Shown in pieces: positions 62,012-64,000 of a stretch of DNA of 64,000 bases. The number at the start of each line of letters is the position of its first letter. Position 1 is the first letter of the stretch. Made by a program: the position numbers and the translations under genes. Source of the DNA: Clostridia bacterium (GTDB taxonomy: Bacteria > Bacillota > Clostridia > Christensenellales > UBA1242); assembly GCA_028709705.1 (NCBI GenBank), contig JAQVWL010000001.1:25728-89727 (forward strand), read 5' to 3'. A model generated the notes under the pieces. That model saw only the letters and a list, made by a program, of their open reading frames with translations. It searched no databases and was not told the origin of the DNA.

Positions 62012-63877
62012 TTGTCAAAAGAAAAAAGAGAACAGAAAAAACAATTAAAACTTAAAAAAAAGCAATCAAAACTAGAAAAGAAAAATAAAATTTGGAAAGA
62101 AAATTATGGCGTTTCTTATAATGAAGTAAAAGACAAAATTTCTAAAAAGAAACAAAAAGGTTTTCCAAAATTTAAAAAACTTTTAGGTTTTTATAAAGAA
62201 AGCAAAGGCGGAATGATTCTGCTTATTTTGCTTGGAATTGTTGGCGGAGTTATTAGCCTTGCATTTCCTCTTGCAGTTCAAAATATAATTGACAATTTAA
62301 CGCTTGGCAATTATGGAATAATAATTTGGTTTGCACTTATATATTTTGGAACAAACATTTTAACTAGAAGTATTTTTTGGTTGTTTTATTTAACAAGTTC
62401 CAAAATTATGAATAAAGTTTCTCACAATATAAGGGTTAAACTTGCCGACTCCGTTTGCGGAACAAAAACATCAAAGTTTGACACTTCTTCATCAGGCAAT
62501 ATTATAAACAGAATAAGCAATGACCCTTCAAATTTTACAGGTTGCATTGAACAAATAATTGATTACAGCGTTGATGTGATAATGAATTTAATGTTTTTGG
62601 TTTATGCCATTTATGTTAATGTTTGGCTTGGCTCGTTGATGATTTGCATTGGATTGTATTCATTCATAATAAACACATTTTTTATAAAAAAATATTATAA
62701 ACCAATAGCGAAAAGAGCAAATATTCTTAGTGATAAAAACACAAGCGAATATGGCGAACTATCAAGAGGCATTAAAGATGTTAGATATTTAAATATAAAA
62801 AGCAATTTTTTAAGCAGAATAACCCAAACTTCACTTTTTAGATTTAAATCAAATTATAACCTAACAAAAATTGGGCAAATTTTTTCTTCAACAAGAAGTT
62901 ATGGAATGTCAATTTTAGAAGTTGGATTTATTGTTTTCGGAATATATTTGGTTCAAGCAAACATAGTTTCAATTGGTGCGTTTGTTGTTGTTTTAATGTA
63001 TCGTTTTAATATTTATCAGGTTTTCAACAATGCTTCAAGTGTATTTGAAAAATTGCAACAAGGCGAAATTGCAGCGGAAAGAATGTGCGAAATTTTGGAA
63101 AATGATGAATATCCAAAAGAAGTTTTTGGAACTAACGAAGTTGAAAATATAACAGGAAAAATTGAGTTTAAAGATGTTACATATGCCTATAAAGATAGCG
63201 AACCGCTTTTTGAAAATTTGAATTTTGTTGTAAGACCAAACGAGTGTGTTGGAATTGTTGGCAAAAGCGGGCAAGGAAAAAGCACAATTATCAGTTTGAT
63301 AACAAAATTGTATGATCTAAAAAACGGACAAATTTTGCTTGATGACAATGATATAACAACGTTAACCGAAAAATCTATCAGAAGCAATATTTCAACAGTT
63401 CCGCAAGCCCCATATATTTTTAATCAAAGCATAAAAGAAAATTTGCTTTTGGCAAAACCAGATGCAACGCAAGAAGAACTTGAAAACGTTTGTCAAAAAG
63501 CATTTATTCACGATTTTATAATTTCAAAACCAGAAAAATATGACACTATTGTTGGCGAAGGCGGAATAACTTTAAGTGGCGGGCAAAAACAACGCCTTGC
63601 TATTGCAAGAGTTCTTTTAAAAAACAGCAAAGTTATTTTGCTTGATGAAGCAACAAGTGCATTAGACAACGAAAGCCAAGAAAAAATAAAGAAAACAATC
63701 AATGCAATGAAAAAAGAAAAAACAATTATTATTGTTGCACACAGACTTACAACAGTAAAAGATTGTGACAGAATATTTGTTATGGAAGGCAACAAAATTG
63801 TTGCAGATGGAACGCACAAAATGCTTATCAAAAATTGTGAAGCATACAAAAACTTGTACCAAAACGAAGAAGAATAA
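62012..63877 (+). CDS. ABC exporter, fused permease/ATPase (type I exporter) with a lysine-rich N-terminal extension
   Basis: Six-TM-type N-terminal half. Walker A GKSGQGKST, signature LSGGQKQRLAIAR, Walker B ILLDEATSALD. TTG start after GGGAG. Confidence 0.9.
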   Translation: MSKEKREQKKQLKLKKKQSKLEKKNKIWKENYGVSYNEVKDKISKKKQKGFPKFKKLLGFYKESKGGMILLILLGIVGGVISLAFPLAVQNIIDNLTLGNYGIIIWFALIYFGTNILTRSIFWLFYLTSSKIMNKVSHNIRVKLADSVCGTKTSKFDTSSSGNIINRISNDPSNFTGCIEQIIDYSVDVIMNLMFLVYAIYVNVWLGSLMICIGLYSFIINTFFIKKYYKPIAKRANILSDKNTSEYGELSRGIKDVRYLNIKSNFLSRITQTSLFRFKSNYNLTKIGQIFSSTRSYGMSILEVGFIVFGIYLVQANIVSIGAFVVVLMYRFNIYQVFNNASSVFEKLQQGEIAAERMCEILENDEYPKEVFGTNEVENITGKIEFKDVTYAYKDSEPLFENLNFVVRPNECVGIVGKSGQGKSTIISLITKLYDLKNGQILLDDNDITTLTEKSIRSNISTVPQAPYIFNQSIKENLLLAKPDATQEELENVCQKAFIHDFIISKPEKYDTIVGEGGITLSGGQKQRLAIARVLLKNSKVILLDEATSALDNESQEKIKKTINAMKKEKTIIIVAHRLTTVKDCDRIFVMEGNKIVADGTHKMLIKNCEAYKNLYQNEEE

Positions 63878-63969
63878 GAACAACAAAACAGCGAAAGTTG
63901 TTTTTTTGTTTTAAAAAAAAATTGTAAAATATATCCTTGTTGTGATATAATGCTCTAAAAGGAGAAATA

Positions 63970-64000
63970 ATGCTCGCAAAAACATTTTGCTATGGTTTGG
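63970..64000 (+). CDS. Start of an unidentified CDS running off the window
   Basis: AAGGAG lies 6 nt before ATG 63970 (MLAKTFCYGL...). A TTGTAA-N17-TATAAT promoter lies upstream. Confidence 0.3.
   Translation, partial: MLAKTFCYGL

Overview
This is a 64-kb, visibly AT-rich chromosomal segment from an endospore-forming Firmicute (Clostridia-like). It uses the standard genetic code and most genes have Shine-Dalgarno (SD) sites. The content is mostly core. In order: the end of the dcw cluster (ftsA', ftsZ), spoIIGA-sigE-sigG, spoIVA, feoAB, a YlmC/YmxH-family gene, nrdR, rpsF-ssb-rpsR, a SpoVB/MurJ-type flippase, HU, dus, pgk, a GT4 glycosyltransferase and pheST. Next come a block of poorly characterised genes, an ABC pair, a tRNA-Ala/tRNA-Ile unit, a 1404-aa C1-peptidase/Listeria-Bacteroides-repeat surface protein, a short AlaRS, uvrC, two CPBP proteases, tadA, greA and dnaX-ybaB-recR. 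A four-gene block of unknown function follows. The remainder is mreB-like-minD-minE-SpoIVFB-like protease, a serine protease, der-plsY, ung, a long-form SRP RNA, a CBS protein, an RluA-family synthase, pepF, mnmA and an ABC exporter. I saw no CRISPR array, rRNA, transposase or integrase gene. Eight things deserve a second look. (1) The tRNA locus holds an intact tRNA-Ile(GAU) flanked by tRNA-Ile-derived fragments, each broken inside the anticodon loop, plus a perfect 52-bp direct repeat. (2) A GC-rich, four-unit hairpin repeat family (REPIN/MITE-like) occurs at two distant intergenic loci. (3) An 86-nt perfect four-way-junction element lies between two co-oriented genes. (4) dnaX terminates one codon after an A9 run, and its C-terminal segment is open in the -1 frame. 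(5) Several genes have a -10 hexamer 6-9 nt from the ATG and no SD, which looks leaderless. (6) The AlaRS is short and lacks the C-Ala domain. (7) A small protein is rich in Cys and Pro. (8) A translationally coupled block of unknown-function genes follows the SpoIVFB-like protease. All family assignments come from reading motifs by eye; no searches were run. Hand-counted coordinates of non-ORF features may be off by 1-2 nt.
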